In this document: positions 35,273 to 45,614 of the stretch, piece after piece
Layout: every line of letters begins with the position of its first letter
Numbering within the stretch: the stretch's first letter is position 1
Source of the DNA: Candidatus Poribacteria bacterium
GTDB taxonomy: Bacteria; Poribacteria; WGA-4E; WGA-3G
Length of the DNA: 64,000 bases
Direction: 5' to 3'
NCBI GenBank assembly: GCA_965220325.1
Contig: OZ244821.1
Coordinates: 1,179,428-1,243,427, forward strand
The notes under the pieces: model-generated
Told to the model about the DNA's origin: nothing
The model's database searches: none
Seen by the model: the letters and a program-made list of their open reading frames with translations, nothing else
Translations under genes and position numbers: made by a program

Positions 35273-37341
35273 GGAATAGACTCTCTGCTCTCCATTTTCA
35301 GGATAAAATATTTATCGCTTACGGTTTTGTGTTCCTCGTTATGTTTGGTGCTGTTTTTGGGAGCACCCGTTTTTTGATCCATCTCGCTTTTAAAAGGGAA
35401 ATTGACGACTATGTCGAGACGCGACAAGCTCGGATTTCAAACAATTACCAAGCCTTCCTTAACCAGGTTCAGAAGGATGTTCACGCCGCAGCTGCTGATG
35501 AAAGGTTACACAGCGCCATTGAGATAAAACAGTCCTACCCTTATCAGCCGACATCAGAGTTCGATCTATTCGAGTATGGCACTCCAGACGGAAAGCTTCT
35601 ATATCCGGATCCGCAGCTGCGAAGAAACGCGCCTGTATACCGTTCTTTAGACAACAGAGAAGCACATATAGAGTTCAGGCGTATTCCACAACGGAGCGAT
35701 CTCGGTCAACAGTTTGTCGTTCAAGGAACGGCAGCCGGTGAATGGGGGTTTGTTACAGGCGGCTATAACTTACAGACATGGCTTGAGGAGAAAGAGACGA
35801 TTATCCAGTCGGATGAGCATCCGGTTTTCCTGGTCAGGAAACCACCGATCCCTGAACCGCCGGTCTTTGATGCCGAATTGAGCGAGATGACAGCAGAGGA
35901 TTGGCTACCGTTGAACAATGCAGCCCGAGGCGTGCCTTTTGACGGTTGGCTTCAATCGTTCTCTGGTACACAACCCCAACAAAAGGTCGTTATACCTGGA
36001 TCCGAAGAGACCGATGGGAGCCCTTTTACGGCTTCCCTGATAAATCCGTTCCACTCAGCTTTCGCGACGCCCCGCGGGGCAGCACCGGTCGGACTGATTG
36101 TCGCCTATTCACACGCGCGCCAGATCCAGTGGCAGCGGCAGTTGACACTCACACTCCTTTTAAGTGGGGTCGGCGGATTGGTGTTGGTTTACCTCATTAG
36201 TTACATCGTCAGTCGGAGCATTGCGCGTCCGATCGCAGTGCTACGCGAAGGCGTCAATCATATTGCTGCTGGCGATCTTAATCATCGTGTTAACATCCGA
36301 TCCGGCAACGAGATGCGCCAACTCGCGGAAGGGTTCAACCAGATGGCGCGGGACCTCAAGCGGAGTTTAGATGCGCGCATGGCAGCAGAACGGGCAGCGA
36401 CATGGCGGGACGTCGCACGGCAGGTGGCACATGAAATCAAAAACCCGCTTTTTCCGATTCGGTTGTCTGTTGAAAACTTGCAACAGGCGAAATCTAAACC
36501 TGAAGTCTTTGAGAAAATATTTAGTGAATGTACCGACACCGTCATCGAAGAAGTCGATCGTATCGGGAAACTCATAGATGAATTCCATCAATTCGCACGG
36601 ATGCCGAGCGCTCAGCGGAAACCGAACCATTTAAATGATATTGTCAAGTCTGTTCTGACGTTATATACCGGTGGACGGGTGCCGGATTCCGGTCAAGCCG
36701 ATGGCGCCACAGCAGTCGGTTCGGAACACAAGGACTTAATACCCAAGGATTCTATCGAAGGTATCTGGCTCGAAAATATTTCTAAGGTGAAAGTCGAAAC
36801 CGAGTTAGGAGAGACACCGAAACTGTTGCTGGATCCTGAGCAGATCGCACAAGCACTCGGCAATCTTCTAAAGAATGCGATTGAAGCGATGCCGGACGGC
36901 GGCACCCTTAAGGTGACAACCTATTTCACACCAAGCACACCATACGGAAATTCTGAAGACCTACAAAACGGCGACAACAAAGCGCAAGAAAATAGAGACA
37001 CGGACCCCAACGGCATCGTTTCACTCGAAATCCAAGATACCGGTTGTGGTATGTCCGATGAAACGATGGCGAATCTCTTTGTCCCTTACTACACCACCAA
37101 GTCTGATACGGACGGGACAGGGCTCGGTATACCGATTGTTAAAAGAATTGTTGAGGAACACGGCGCCGAGATCGAATTTGAGAGTACCGAAGCTGTCGGC
37201 ACAACAGTCCGCATCTATTTTTCGTACAACCGAAATGAACGCGCCGAAGAATTAGCCCTCGGACCGGAAGGATTAATACCGCTCACAGGTTTGACACCGA
37301 AATTAGAGATAAAAGATCGGTCAGTAGACTCGACAGATTAA
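35260..37341 (+). CDS. sensor histidine kinase (TM-HAMP-HisKA-HATPase)
   Basis: HAMP region. H-box HEIKNPLFPIRLSVENL. G-boxes DTGCGM and GTGLGIPIVKRIVEEHG. Confidence 0.8.
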   Translation: MPRMRNRLSALHFQDKIFIAYGFVFLVMFGAVFGSTRFLIHLAFKREIDDYVETRQARISNNYQAFLNQVQKDVHAAAADERLHSAIEIKQSYPYQPTSEFDLFEYGTPDGKLLYPDPQLRRNAPVYRSLDNREAHIEFRRIPQRSDLGQQFVVQGTAAGEWGFVTGGYNLQTWLEEKETIIQSDEHPVFLVRKPPIPEPPVFDAELSEMTAEDWLPLNNAARGVPFDGWLQSFSGTQPQQKVVIPGSEETDGSPFTASLINPFHSAFATPRGAAPVGLIVAYSHARQIQWQRQLTLTLLLSGVGGLVLVYLISYIVSRSIARPIAVLREGVNHIAAGDLNHRVNIRSGNEMRQLAEGFNQMARDLKRSLDARMAAERAATWRDVARQVAHEIKNPLFPIRLSVENLQQAKSKPEVFEKIFSECTDTVIEEVDRIGKLIDEFHQFARMPSAQRKPNHLNDIVKSVLTLYTGGRVPDSGQADGATAVGSEHKDLIPKDSIEGIWLENISKVKVETELGETPKLLLDPEQIAQALGNLLKNAIEAMPDGGTLKVTTYFTPSTPYGNSEDLQNGDNKAQENRDTDPNGIVSLEIQDTGCGMSDETMANLFVPYYTTKSDTDGTGLGIPIVKRIVEEHGAEIEFESTEAVGTTVRIYFSYNRNERAEELALGPEGLIPLTGLTPKLEIKDRSVDSTD

Positions 37342-37372
37342 AACCGAAACACACTGCGATAGGACAAACGAA

Positions 37373-38803
37373 ATGGAAACTTTTTTGATTGTAGACGACG
37401 AAAAAAATATACTTAAGATGTTATCCCTAGGGCTCGAAATGCGGGGGTATCAAACCTTGACAGCTGCGAGCGGTGAGGAAGCTTTGCAGCAAGCGATGAA
37501 ATCTGATGTTGACCTCGTTCTGTTGGATATCCGTATGGAGGATGGTATGGACGGCGTCCAGACGCTCGTCAAACTCCGTGAACGTTATCCTGAATTGAAC
37601 GTCGTGATGATGTCCGCGCAGCAAGATATTGAAATCGCTGTTAAAACGATGGAACTCGGCGCGAAACGGTACATCACGAAGCCGATCGATATTGATAAGA
37701 TTTTGTCGAGTGTCCAACCGTTTTTGGAGATATCGCGCTTATCGCAAGAGAATGAGATCCTGAAGTCTCAAATTGTCCGTATTGATGAGATGGTCGGAGA
37801 AAGTACGGCTATCAAGCACCTCCGTTCACAGATTAATCGGGTCGCTGGTAGTAGGCTCGGTGTCCTTATCTCTGGCGAGAACGGTACCGGCAAGCAGCTT
37901 GTCGCCAATGCTATCCATGAAAAAAGCGAACGTGCAGCGAAAACCTTTATTCCGCTCAATTGTGCTGCTTTGCCAGATGAACTCATTGAGAGCGAACTCT
38001 TCGGACATGAGCGCGGCGCATTCACAGGGGCGGATTCCCGTAGGCAGGGACGTTTTGAACTCGCGGACGGTGGCACCCTTTTTCTTGATGAGATCGGCGA
38101 TATGAGTTTAAAGGCACAAGCGAAGGTCCTTCGCGTGATTGAAACCGGTGAAGTCGAACGTCTCGGCGGCAATCAGATTCGCACTGTAGATGTACGGATT
38201 ATCGCTGCGACGAACAAAAATCTGCCGGAAGAGATTGAGAACGGACGGTTCCGACGGGACCTCTTCTATCGGTTGAATGTTGTCCCTATTGCGGTGCCGC
38301 CGCTTCGCGAACGCACGGAGGATGTTCCATCATTAGTCAAGTACTTCGCCGAGCGCCTGCAGCTCAATATGGCATCTACGCCGAAGGCTATTGATCCGGG
38401 TGCTTACGCCGTGTTTCAAAGTTACCATTGGCCCGGGAACATCCGAGAGTTAAAGAACATCGTTGAACGCCTCCTTATTATGGTGAACCGAGATGTTGTG
38501 ATGGCACCCGATGTTGCAGAGGCTTTGTCTCTGGTGCCGCAAGTGCCTTCTTCACCGAATTTTGACGGTGATACGACGGAGTATCACGGTTCGCAGGCTC
38601 TACCGAACTCGGTACTTTACAAACCCGGAACCCCGTTGAGTCAGATGATGGATACCGCCGAGGCGCAGTGTATTCTCACGGCTTTGGAAGAATTTAACTG
38701 GAATATCCGACGGACAGCGGAAGCATTAGAGGTTGAACGGAGCAACTTGTACAAAAAAATGAACAAGTACGGTATCTCCCGACCAAATTCCGAGGAAGGA
38801 TAG
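37373..38803 (+). CDS. sigma-54-dependent Fis-family response regulator (NtrC-like)
   Basis: Receiver domain (LLDIRMEDGMDG). AAA+ region GENGTGKQLVA, GAFTGA-type ERGAFTGADSRRQGRFELADGGTLFLDEIGDM. C-terminal HTH. Confidence 0.85.
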   Translation: METFLIVDDEKNILKMLSLGLEMRGYQTLTAASGEEALQQAMKSDVDLVLLDIRMEDGMDGVQTLVKLRERYPELNVVMMSAQQDIEIAVKTMELGAKRYITKPIDIDKILSSVQPFLEISRLSQENEILKSQIVRIDEMVGESTAIKHLRSQINRVAGSRLGVLISGENGTGKQLVANAIHEKSERAAKTFIPLNCAALPDELIESELFGHERGAFTGADSRRQGRFELADGGTLFLDEIGDMSLKAQAKVLRVIETGEVERLGGNQIRTVDVRIIAATNKNLPEEIENGRFRRDLFYRLNVVPIAVPPLRERTEDVPSLVKYFAERLQLNMASTPKAIDPGAYAVFQSYHWPGNIRELKNIVERLLIMVNRDVVMAPDVAEALSLVPQVPSSPNFDGDTTEYHGSQALPNSVLYKPGTPLSQMMDTAEAQCILTALEEFNWNIRRTAEALEVERSNLYKKMNKYGISRPNSEEG

Positions 38804-38862
38804 AGATTGGAAGATTGGAAGATTGGAAGGGTGGAAGAGGGGAAGAAAGGTAGATCGGAACG

Positions 38863-39297
38863 ATGCTAAGGAAGCACATTAGTGAAAATGGTGGGATGAC
38901 TCGCCTTCAATTGCTTATTCTGGTTGTTTTAACAGCTGTGATTGGTGGGCTCTCGTTTCCACCATGGCTAGAGTATCGTAAGGTCGGGACAGCGGATGTC
39001 GATGTGGAAACGATTGCCGTTGCTATCAAGAAATACCATAGGCATACCGGCAGTTATCCGACGCGTCTGGACGCACTCGTGACGGACCCCGGCCTCGAAG
39101 GATGGCGTGGGAATTATCTCGAATCTATCCCTGAAACACCGTGGGGTGGCAGCTACGTCCTGTTTCAAGACAGGTATAAAGTCGGGATAGCGAAAGATCA
39201 CCGGCGTGTCCCCGAAAAATATCGAGTCGGCGGCGTTGCGGAGATCAGTCGAGTCTATCATGTCGACGCGCCCCTCGGTGAGAAATATTGGTGGTAA
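38863..39297 (+). CDS. type II secretion pseudopilin GspG-like protein
   Basis: Short leader ending ...ENGG, then hydrophobic MTRLQLLILVVLTAVIGG. GspG-like core (YPTRLDALVTDP...TPWGGSY). Position +5 is Q rather than E. Confidence 0.55.
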   Translation: MLRKHISENGGMTRLQLLILVVLTAVIGGLSFPPWLEYRKVGTADVDVETIAVAIKKYHRHTGSYPTRLDALVTDPGLEGWRGNYLESIPETPWGGSYVLFQDRYKVGIAKDHRRVPEKYRVGGVAEISRVYHVDAPLGEKYWW

Positions 39298-39429
39298 TTA
39301 GTTATTAGTTGTCAGTACGTTACGTTTTCAGTACTCAGTTAAAGAGGTATCTTGTGGTAGTAGCCTGAAAGTAACCGCCACAATGTGCTAACTGAAAACG
39401 GCACTGACACCTGAAAACCGAAAAAAAAT

Positions 39430-40236
39430 ATGTGGGTCTTTATTTTTCTCCTCGGTTTAGCAATCGGTAGTTTCCTTAATGTCTGTATCTACCGTATCTC
39501 TTACCGTATCCTTCATCCTGATTCAAACGTGTCCATCCATTCTCCGCGTCGCTCTTTTTGTCCGGCATGCAACGCAACAATAAGTATTTATGACAACATC
39601 CCGGTTTTGAGTTATCTGCTTTTACGTGGCAAATGTCGGCATTGCAGCGCGTCGATTTCCGTACTTTATCCGTTGGTTGAGCTTGCCACGGCGGGGTTGT
39701 TCCTCGTGATGTACTATCGCTTTGGACTCACCCTCGAATTTCTGCTTGCACTTGTTTTCGTTGCGGTATTAGTACCAATTTTTGTCATCGATGCACAGCA
39801 CTATATCATTCCAAATGTCCTCATTGTCACTGGACTGATTCTCGGTTTCGGCATTGTCTGTGCAATCGCGTATCAACGCAGCGATGTCTGGTATCTGCTT
39901 ATCCGTCTCATCGGTGCTGTTGCGGGTGGGTCGGCGTTGTGGTTGGTCGCTGTTATCGGGAGCGCGGTCTTACGCAAAAAAGCGATGGGGGGCGGCGACA
40001 TCAAGTTGATGGCACTCATCGGATTGTTCCTCGGTGCCTGGCCCGAACTCGCGATGGTGATAGGTTTTTCTGCCTTCAGTGGCGCGATTGTCGGGACGAC
40101 ACTCATCGTCTCAGGCGTGAAAAGCCGTGAGAGTCCTATCCCTTACGGTCCGTTTCTTGCCGGTGCTGCGGTGCTTGTCCTCTTGTGGGGAGATAGCCTC
40201 TGGCGTTTGTACTTGCAATCTGTGGGGTGGCATTAA
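39430..40236 (+). CDS. prepilin peptidase (A24 family, PilD/GspO-like)
   Basis: GSFLNVCIYRI...SFCPACNATISIYDNIPVLSYLLLRGKCRHCS zinc motif plus multiple TM helices. Confidence 0.8.
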   Translation: MWVFIFLLGLAIGSFLNVCIYRISYRILHPDSNVSIHSPRRSFCPACNATISIYDNIPVLSYLLLRGKCRHCSASISVLYPLVELATAGLFLVMYYRFGLTLEFLLALVFVAVLVPIFVIDAQHYIIPNVLIVTGLILGFGIVCAIAYQRSDVWYLLIRLIGAVAGGSALWLVAVIGSAVLRKKAMGGGDIKLMALIGLFLGAWPELAMVIGFSAFSGAIVGTTLIVSGVKSRESPIPYGPFLAGAAVLVLLWGDSLWRLYLQSVGWH

Positions 40237-40312
40237 TCGTAGGCGGGATTTGTAATCCCGATCAGGCACATTCTGTGTGCTGTTAGCCATCATCTAATGC
40301 AATGGAGGAACT

Positions 40313-41656
40313 ATGAAAACCTTTTGCCTAATCATCTGCCTTTTGATGTTAGCCTTGAGCCAACAGGTTGCGTCCGCACAGCAGCAGCAAATTAAGGAAG
40401 AATCTGCTGAGGACTTTGTTAAATTAGGAATACCGCTCGAAGAAGCACTCACCAAAGCTACGTTTGTCGTTGAGTGGTTAAGCGGAGACGGAAGTACTGA
40501 AGTAAATTTTCAAGGTGAGAACGTAATCCGCACCCCTGATTACATAGAGCTCCGCTCTGATGAAGATGAACGGGGCAGGTCCAGTTATTATAGGGTCCTA
40601 CCTCAGCATACTGTTGAAGGAAATCGGTATATTTTTGTGCCGTTAGCCCAAAGTGGTGGCGGTTCTGGGGTCCTTTGGAATCTCCATATAGTAGATAAAA
40701 AAACGCTCCGAACTGTTGATACAGCCGGTCTCGGAGATCGCGCGAGGATTGAAAAGGTTGGCTTGGCTGTTCCTAATAGTGATACTGTCTCTATCACCTA
40801 TATTAAGCGGGAGGTTATTAAAGGTAAAGCCGTACATGACCTGAAAAAAGCAATAACGAAACACTTTCGGATGATACAAGGAACCCTTCAGGAGGTGGAA
40901 ACCCCTATGGGGAGCAACGCCGAGGCAATTACACCGAAAATATCCGAGGAGCCCGACGTTATTTTTCAATTGGTTGAGCGTCTACAATTCGCTGATGGCA
41001 CGGCAGTAAAATCCATCGCTAAAGACGATATTGACGCACTTCGGGACCGACCTATTCGCCTTGGTCCGAACGATCATATTGACGGTGTAACGCTAACAAA
41101 CGAGAAAGGCGAAGATATCCAAGTGCGAACGTGTAGAGAATATGACGATGCGCTTAAGCGTGGTTACTATGCCAACACGAATTTTGATGCACAAATGTCT
41201 ATGTGGTTTATGCATCAGTGTGGATTGTTGAACGCGTTAGAGGGGGCAGCTGCTCCTCGGCAAAGTTATATCTCAAATCCTAAAGTGGGAATAACGAATT
41301 TAGAGTTGATGCCTTTTTCCGTTTTTCCTTACGCGTCGGACGAGGAGATAAAATCAGGAGCGACATTTCAGACAAAGATCAAGAATGGGGAACTCAGAGT
41401 TGTAGAAAAAAATCAAAACACTCTGACGACTGAGGAAATCGATACGGGACAATTTTTACAGGAAGTGGTACGTGCTGACTTTAACGATGACGGTATTGAA
41501 GATATTTTTCTATTTGAGTATCATTATTCAATACGAGGCACATTCGGCTCTGGTGGAATTATTGTCTTGACCCGTAAATCGGTGGATGGGAAGTTTGAAG
41601 TTGTGCGTCCCTCCAACCCAGCCCAATCTTCCGGACATCCATATTGGTTTGATTGA
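40313..41656 (+). CDS. secreted hypothetical protein (447 aa)
   Basis: Signal peptide MKTFCLIICLLMLALSQQVASAQQ. GGAGG RBS. No recognisable domain. Confidence 0.5.
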   Translation: MKTFCLIICLLMLALSQQVASAQQQQIKEESAEDFVKLGIPLEEALTKATFVVEWLSGDGSTEVNFQGENVIRTPDYIELRSDEDERGRSSYYRVLPQHTVEGNRYIFVPLAQSGGGSGVLWNLHIVDKKTLRTVDTAGLGDRARIEKVGLAVPNSDTVSITYIKREVIKGKAVHDLKKAITKHFRMIQGTLQEVETPMGSNAEAITPKISEEPDVIFQLVERLQFADGTAVKSIAKDDIDALRDRPIRLGPNDHIDGVTLTNEKGEDIQVRTCREYDDALKRGYYANTNFDAQMSMWFMHQCGLLNALEGAAAPRQSYISNPKVGITNLELMPFSVFPYASDEEIKSGATFQTKIKNGELRVVEKNQNTLTTEEIDTGQFLQEVVRADFNDDGIEDIFLFEYHYSIRGTFGSGGIIVLTRKSVDGKFEVVRPSNPAQSSGHPYWFD

Positions 41657-41879
41657 AAACTTGTATTATAGGGAATCCTAAAAATAAATAGACATCTTTG
41701 TAGCATAACCTGTTAGGTTGTGCCAGTCTGATTGCCTGTTATAGGCATTCAGACTGTTTGAGTGTGCCCAATTAATTATAGATTTTACTATAATCTGAAC
41801 GAAAACATCTATTTTTTTTGAACTCACATTATGTTATCATTTCCACATTAATGGACAATCCGTGTTTTGGAGAAAATCA

Positions 41880-43706
41880 ATGAGAACAGTACCATATCCA
41901 CGGGATCATATTTTCTATAATAATCGCGGTATTGATTACGGTGAAAAGGGTGAGCATGATCTTGCCATCAAAGATTTTACCAAAGCAATTGAACTTAATC
42001 CGGACTATGCGATCGCCTATAACAATCGCGGTGCTGTCTATCGTGATAAAGGTGAGCACGACCAAGCCATTGAAGACTGCAGCAAAGCCATACAACTGCA
42101 ACCCAATTATGCCGAACCCTATAACAATCGCGGTGCTGCTTATGGCAACAAAGGCGATTATGACCTTGCGATTAAAGACTATAACATAGCGATAAAACTG
42201 CAGCCGGATTTTGTTCAGGCTTATTACAACCGTGGTCTTGCCTACCACGAGAAACGTGAATTTGATCGCGCTATTAAGGATTATAGCAAAGCGACAAAAC
42301 TGAATCCGAAACTTTTTCATCCGTATTACAATCGTGGCAATGTTTACCTCCAAAAAGGTAATTTTGATAGAGCTATTGAAGACTATAGTAAGGCAATAGA
42401 ATTGAATCCAACACTTGGTCCTGCATATTGCAATCGCGGTGAAGTTTGGTTACATTTAAAAGAATGGGATAAGGCAAAAGCCGATTTGACCACTGCCAAA
42501 GATAAAGGGGTTGATATCATCGCTGCGTTTCATAACTCTTATAGAGACGTTGCGACTTTTGAGCGGAGAAATAGTGTTAAACTGCCGAAAGACATCGTGG
42601 CAATGTTGAGGCAATATCCAGTCAACAATTTTACAACAACGCAAAGAACCTTGACTGCTGATGGCGAAACACAAGAATCTTATGCGGTGTTAGAACTGTT
42701 GGAGAAATTTCGCAATACTGGCAAGCCACTGAGCGAATATCTCCACGGGCAACCCTCTCGTGGTATTACGACAGGGTGCAACGAAGTATTTATAGTAAAG
42801 CGTGAAACGTATGATGCCCTCATTGCGGAACACCCGTCGTCTGCTGATATTTTAAAACCGTTTCTGATGGCGCGCGACATCCAACGTTGGCGGGTGAAGC
42901 CAACAGACGAGTCGCGGAGAGAACTACAAGACAAATGGCTGATCTTTACGCATCAAGGCATAGACATTGATGCATATCCGGCAATCGAGAAACACTTAGG
43001 AAAACACCGTGATGCGCTGGAAAAACGATCAGGGAAACAGGAGTGGTACGAACTGCAAACGGCTCCAACGGATACGACGCGGTTTACGCAACCGAAGTGT
43101 ATCTATGCAGATATGGCAAGTGAAACTGCGTTTGCTTTTGATGATGAAGGCTACTATGTAGGCAGCCCCGCATCTCTGTTGCCTACAAGTGAACTGTGGC
43201 TTCTCGGTGTGTTGAACACCAGAGCGGTTTCCTGGTTTTATGCGCGGACAGCTCCACAGGTTCGAGGTCCGTTTTTAAAATTCGTGCCTCAGTATGTCTC
43301 ACAAATCCCAATCCCTGATATGGAACCGGAGCAGAAGGCACTCATCCACAAACTCGTTGAATATATCCTTTATCTCAAGAAACAGTCCACGGTAAAAAGT
43401 AGAGATTTAAAATACGCCCGTGCCCGCGTGATGGTTGGATATTTTAATCAAATTATTGATGGTCTGGTTTATGAATTATATTTGCCGGACGAGCTTCATA
43501 AAAGCCGCAAACACCTTTTTCAACCGTTGTTCGATGAACAGTTGCCACCCCTTGAGGAGATTCAAGGTGATAAAATGTCCGCGTGCCGAGACATTTTTGA
43601 GCGGTTATATGAAAAAACGCATCCGGTTGCGGTCAATCTATTCTTTTTGGATAGTGTCAAACCTATCTGTATCGTTGAGAGTAAGGCGTCAATAACCCCC
43701 CGCTAA
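41880..43706 (+). CDS. TPR-repeat protein fused to a type IIG / TaqI-like C-terminal target-recognition domain, with no methyltransferase catalytic domain
   Basis: N-terminal roughly 220 aa is 6-7 TPRs (AIELNPDYAIAYNNRGAVY...). The C-terminal roughly 380 aa has GITTGCNEVFIV, FLMARDIQRW, LWLLGVLNTRAVSWFYART...SQIPIP, IDGLVYELYLPDEL, matching the TRD and C-terminal helical region of Eco57I/MmeI/PglX-type enzymes. No (D/N/S)PP(Y/F/W) motif. Confidence 0.6.
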   Translation: MRTVPYPRDHIFYNNRGIDYGEKGEHDLAIKDFTKAIELNPDYAIAYNNRGAVYRDKGEHDQAIEDCSKAIQLQPNYAEPYNNRGAAYGNKGDYDLAIKDYNIAIKLQPDFVQAYYNRGLAYHEKREFDRAIKDYSKATKLNPKLFHPYYNRGNVYLQKGNFDRAIEDYSKAIELNPTLGPAYCNRGEVWLHLKEWDKAKADLTTAKDKGVDIIAAFHNSYRDVATFERRNSVKLPKDIVAMLRQYPVNNFTTTQRTLTADGETQESYAVLELLEKFRNTGKPLSEYLHGQPSRGITTGCNEVFIVKRETYDALIAEHPSSADILKPFLMARDIQRWRVKPTDESRRELQDKWLIFTHQGIDIDAYPAIEKHLGKHRDALEKRSGKQEWYELQTAPTDTTRFTQPKCIYADMASETAFAFDDEGYYVGSPASLLPTSELWLLGVLNTRAVSWFYARTAPQVRGPFLKFVPQYVSQIPIPDMEPEQKALIHKLVEYILYLKKQSTVKSRDLKYARARVMVGYFNQIIDGLVYELYLPDELHKSRKHLFQPLFDEQLPPLEEIQGDKMSACRDIFERLYEKTHPVAVNLFFLDSVKPICIVESKASITPR

Positions 43707-44118
43707 AGCATGGGGCTTGTGCGAAGCGTAGCCAGCGTTCACTCCACAAGTTAAACTATTGACTACAGTAAAATATCACGGTATCGTGGCATGGCAGTCA
43801 CAAAGTCTGTCTTAAAACGATATGTTGAACTGGTAGTAGGCATATCTAAGGATGCTCCCCAAGTCTGACGTAAAGGCTGATACCTGTGATCTGGATGGGG
43901 CAACATACAACCCGAAAGGGATTTTACCTGTTTTCTCAAAGATACCGTGTCAGGTCGGATTGGAGATGGTGACAGCACTTCCAAAAAGAAGCAGCACAGT
44001 CAGAGAGAAACGGAGACCCCGAAACCGTGCCGAAAAAAACGGAACGCTTATATTCTAAACTAAAAATTGTATCTTCTATTCAACTTACACTGATACTCGA
44101 GACTACGTTGGTGCAACT

Positions 44119-44406
44119 GTGGATACTATAGCGCAAGTGCTTCAACAGCACGTGCCAAATACAGGAACACACGGGATAATAGTTGTAATTGATGGACTGG
44201 ATAAGCAAGAAAAACAACAGATCGCCAAACGATTAAAGCGGGCAGGGGTGATGTATAAAAAGGTACGTGGAGCCAAAGATGAAGGGAGCGCGTGGATAAG
44301 ATTAGCCGATGCCATTGCGGGATTTAGTTGGGATGTTTACAAAAACAAACCATATACGCAAAGCCTACATGCTGACATGCCATCGGGACCTTTTATTCAA
44401 ATATAA
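44119..44406 (+). CDS. hypothetical small protein, possibly a gene remnant
   Basis: GTG-initiated 95 aa ORF in a 1.2 kb low-coding tract. A weak NYN/LabA-like pattern (GIIVVIDGLD) is unconfirmed. Confidence 0.2.
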   Translation: MDTIAQVLQQHVPNTGTHGIIVVIDGLDKQEKQQIAKRLKRAGVMYKKVRGAKDEGSAWIRLADAIAGFSWDVYKNKPYTQSLHADMPSGPFIQI

Positions 44407-44854
44407 AAAAAAGCTAGAGTGTCTGGCTCTAGCAACCCAACATAGACATACCACAGCGGCAGAGGTCACGGTTGGCTGGCCCTAGTTTTCCCGGGGAAAA
44501 CACCGTCCATACGGCACGTATTCGGGCAAAGTACACATTCGACATATATTATAACGAAAAAAAAACAGATTGTCAAGTTTTTTGTCTAATTTTCAATTAT
44601 GGTAAAATCTATCGTTATTCAGGCACCGTGGTAGGCGCGGTTTTGCGGCGTATTCGCCCAAATGCGACCGGCATTCAAACTGCGCCTACTAGGAAATTGT
44701 GTAAGTCCCACTTCATACAGTTTGCGTGATGGTTATCTGTCAACATTTCTAATCCTGCAAATCCTGATTCGGGTAATTAACGCGTTCCGCTTCCATCCTT
44801 CCGATCCAAATTTTTGATGGAATATGGATACGTGCCCCAAAACATAATCCTTTG

Positions 44855-44883
44855 CAATTAACACCCTTATACGCTATAATTCA
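44855..44883 (+). promoter_or_regulatory. sigma70-type promoter TTGCAA-N17-TATAAT for the nitroreductase gene
   Basis: TTGCAATTAACACCCTTATACGCTATAAT, followed by AAGGAGGA RBS and ATG 44908. Confidence 0.45.
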
Positions 44884-44907
44884 ATTTCATAAGGAGGATG
44901 CAACATA

Positions 44908-45477
44908 ATGGATGTTAAAGACGCGATTCTTACACGACGTACGATTTTTAAATTCAAACAGGAACCCGTGCCAAACGATGTCATCGAACAGGTTTTCAGT
45001 TACGGGATATGGGCACCGAATCACCATGTCACGGAGCCTTGGCGTTTTACTGTGATTGGCAAGGAGACAAAGCTAATCCTGGCAGACCGCTACCGCGAAA
45101 TCAAGATGGAGGATACACCCGACCACGTTGATGCCGAAAATCTCGCCAAAATCGGTGAACTCGCTTACGATAAATTCATGTCCAAGCCGACGATTATTGC
45201 CGTTTCGTGCTTACAGGAAGGCGATGAACAACGTCGACGTGAAGACTACGCCGCTGCGTGTTGTGCAATGCAAAACGTCCAACTCGCTGCATGGGATGCG
45301 GGGGTCGGTATGCAATGGAGCACCGGCAGGATCACGATGGAAGAACAGACGTATCAGTTGTTAGGGATTGATTCGTCACAGGAGTATATCATCGGTTTCT
45401 TCTATACCGGTTACCCCGCCGACATCGGGCAACCGAAAAGGCAACCTGCAGGTGAGTTTATTCGGTGGGTAGCGTAA
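44908..45477 (+). CDS. nitroreductase family protein
   Basis: AILTRRTIFKFKQEPVPNDVIEQVFSYGIWAPNHHVTEPWRFTVI is a typical NADH/FMN nitroreductase fold signature. Confidence 0.8.
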   Translation: MDVKDAILTRRTIFKFKQEPVPNDVIEQVFSYGIWAPNHHVTEPWRFTVIGKETKLILADRYREIKMEDTPDHVDAENLAKIGELAYDKFMSKPTIIAVSCLQEGDEQRRREDYAAACCAMQNVQLAAWDAGVGMQWSTGRITMEEQTYQLLGIDSSQEYIIGFFYTGYPADIGQPKRQPAGEFIRWVA

Positions 45478-45614
45478 AAGCCGTCAGCAATCAGCCATCG
45501 GCTTTCAGCAAAGAGTTGTTTGTAGCAGGCGAGAATTAACTTAACACATGCTCTACTAATGGTTGAAAGCCGACTGCTGACAGTGAGCGTAGCGAATGCC
45601 CTGACTGCTGACAA

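Noticed and set aside
40265-40280. Possible sigma-54 -24/-12 promoter (GGCAC...TGC) before the secreted-protein gene
   Set aside because: The GG-to-GC spacing is 13 nt rather than the required 10-11, so it does not fit the consensus.
44412-44432. Hairpin GCTAGAGTGTCTGGCTCTAGC after ORF 44119-44406 as a terminator
   Set aside because: The A-run precedes the hairpin and no T-run follows on the plus strand. It would only terminate a minus-strand transcript, and no minus-strand gene lies upstream of it.
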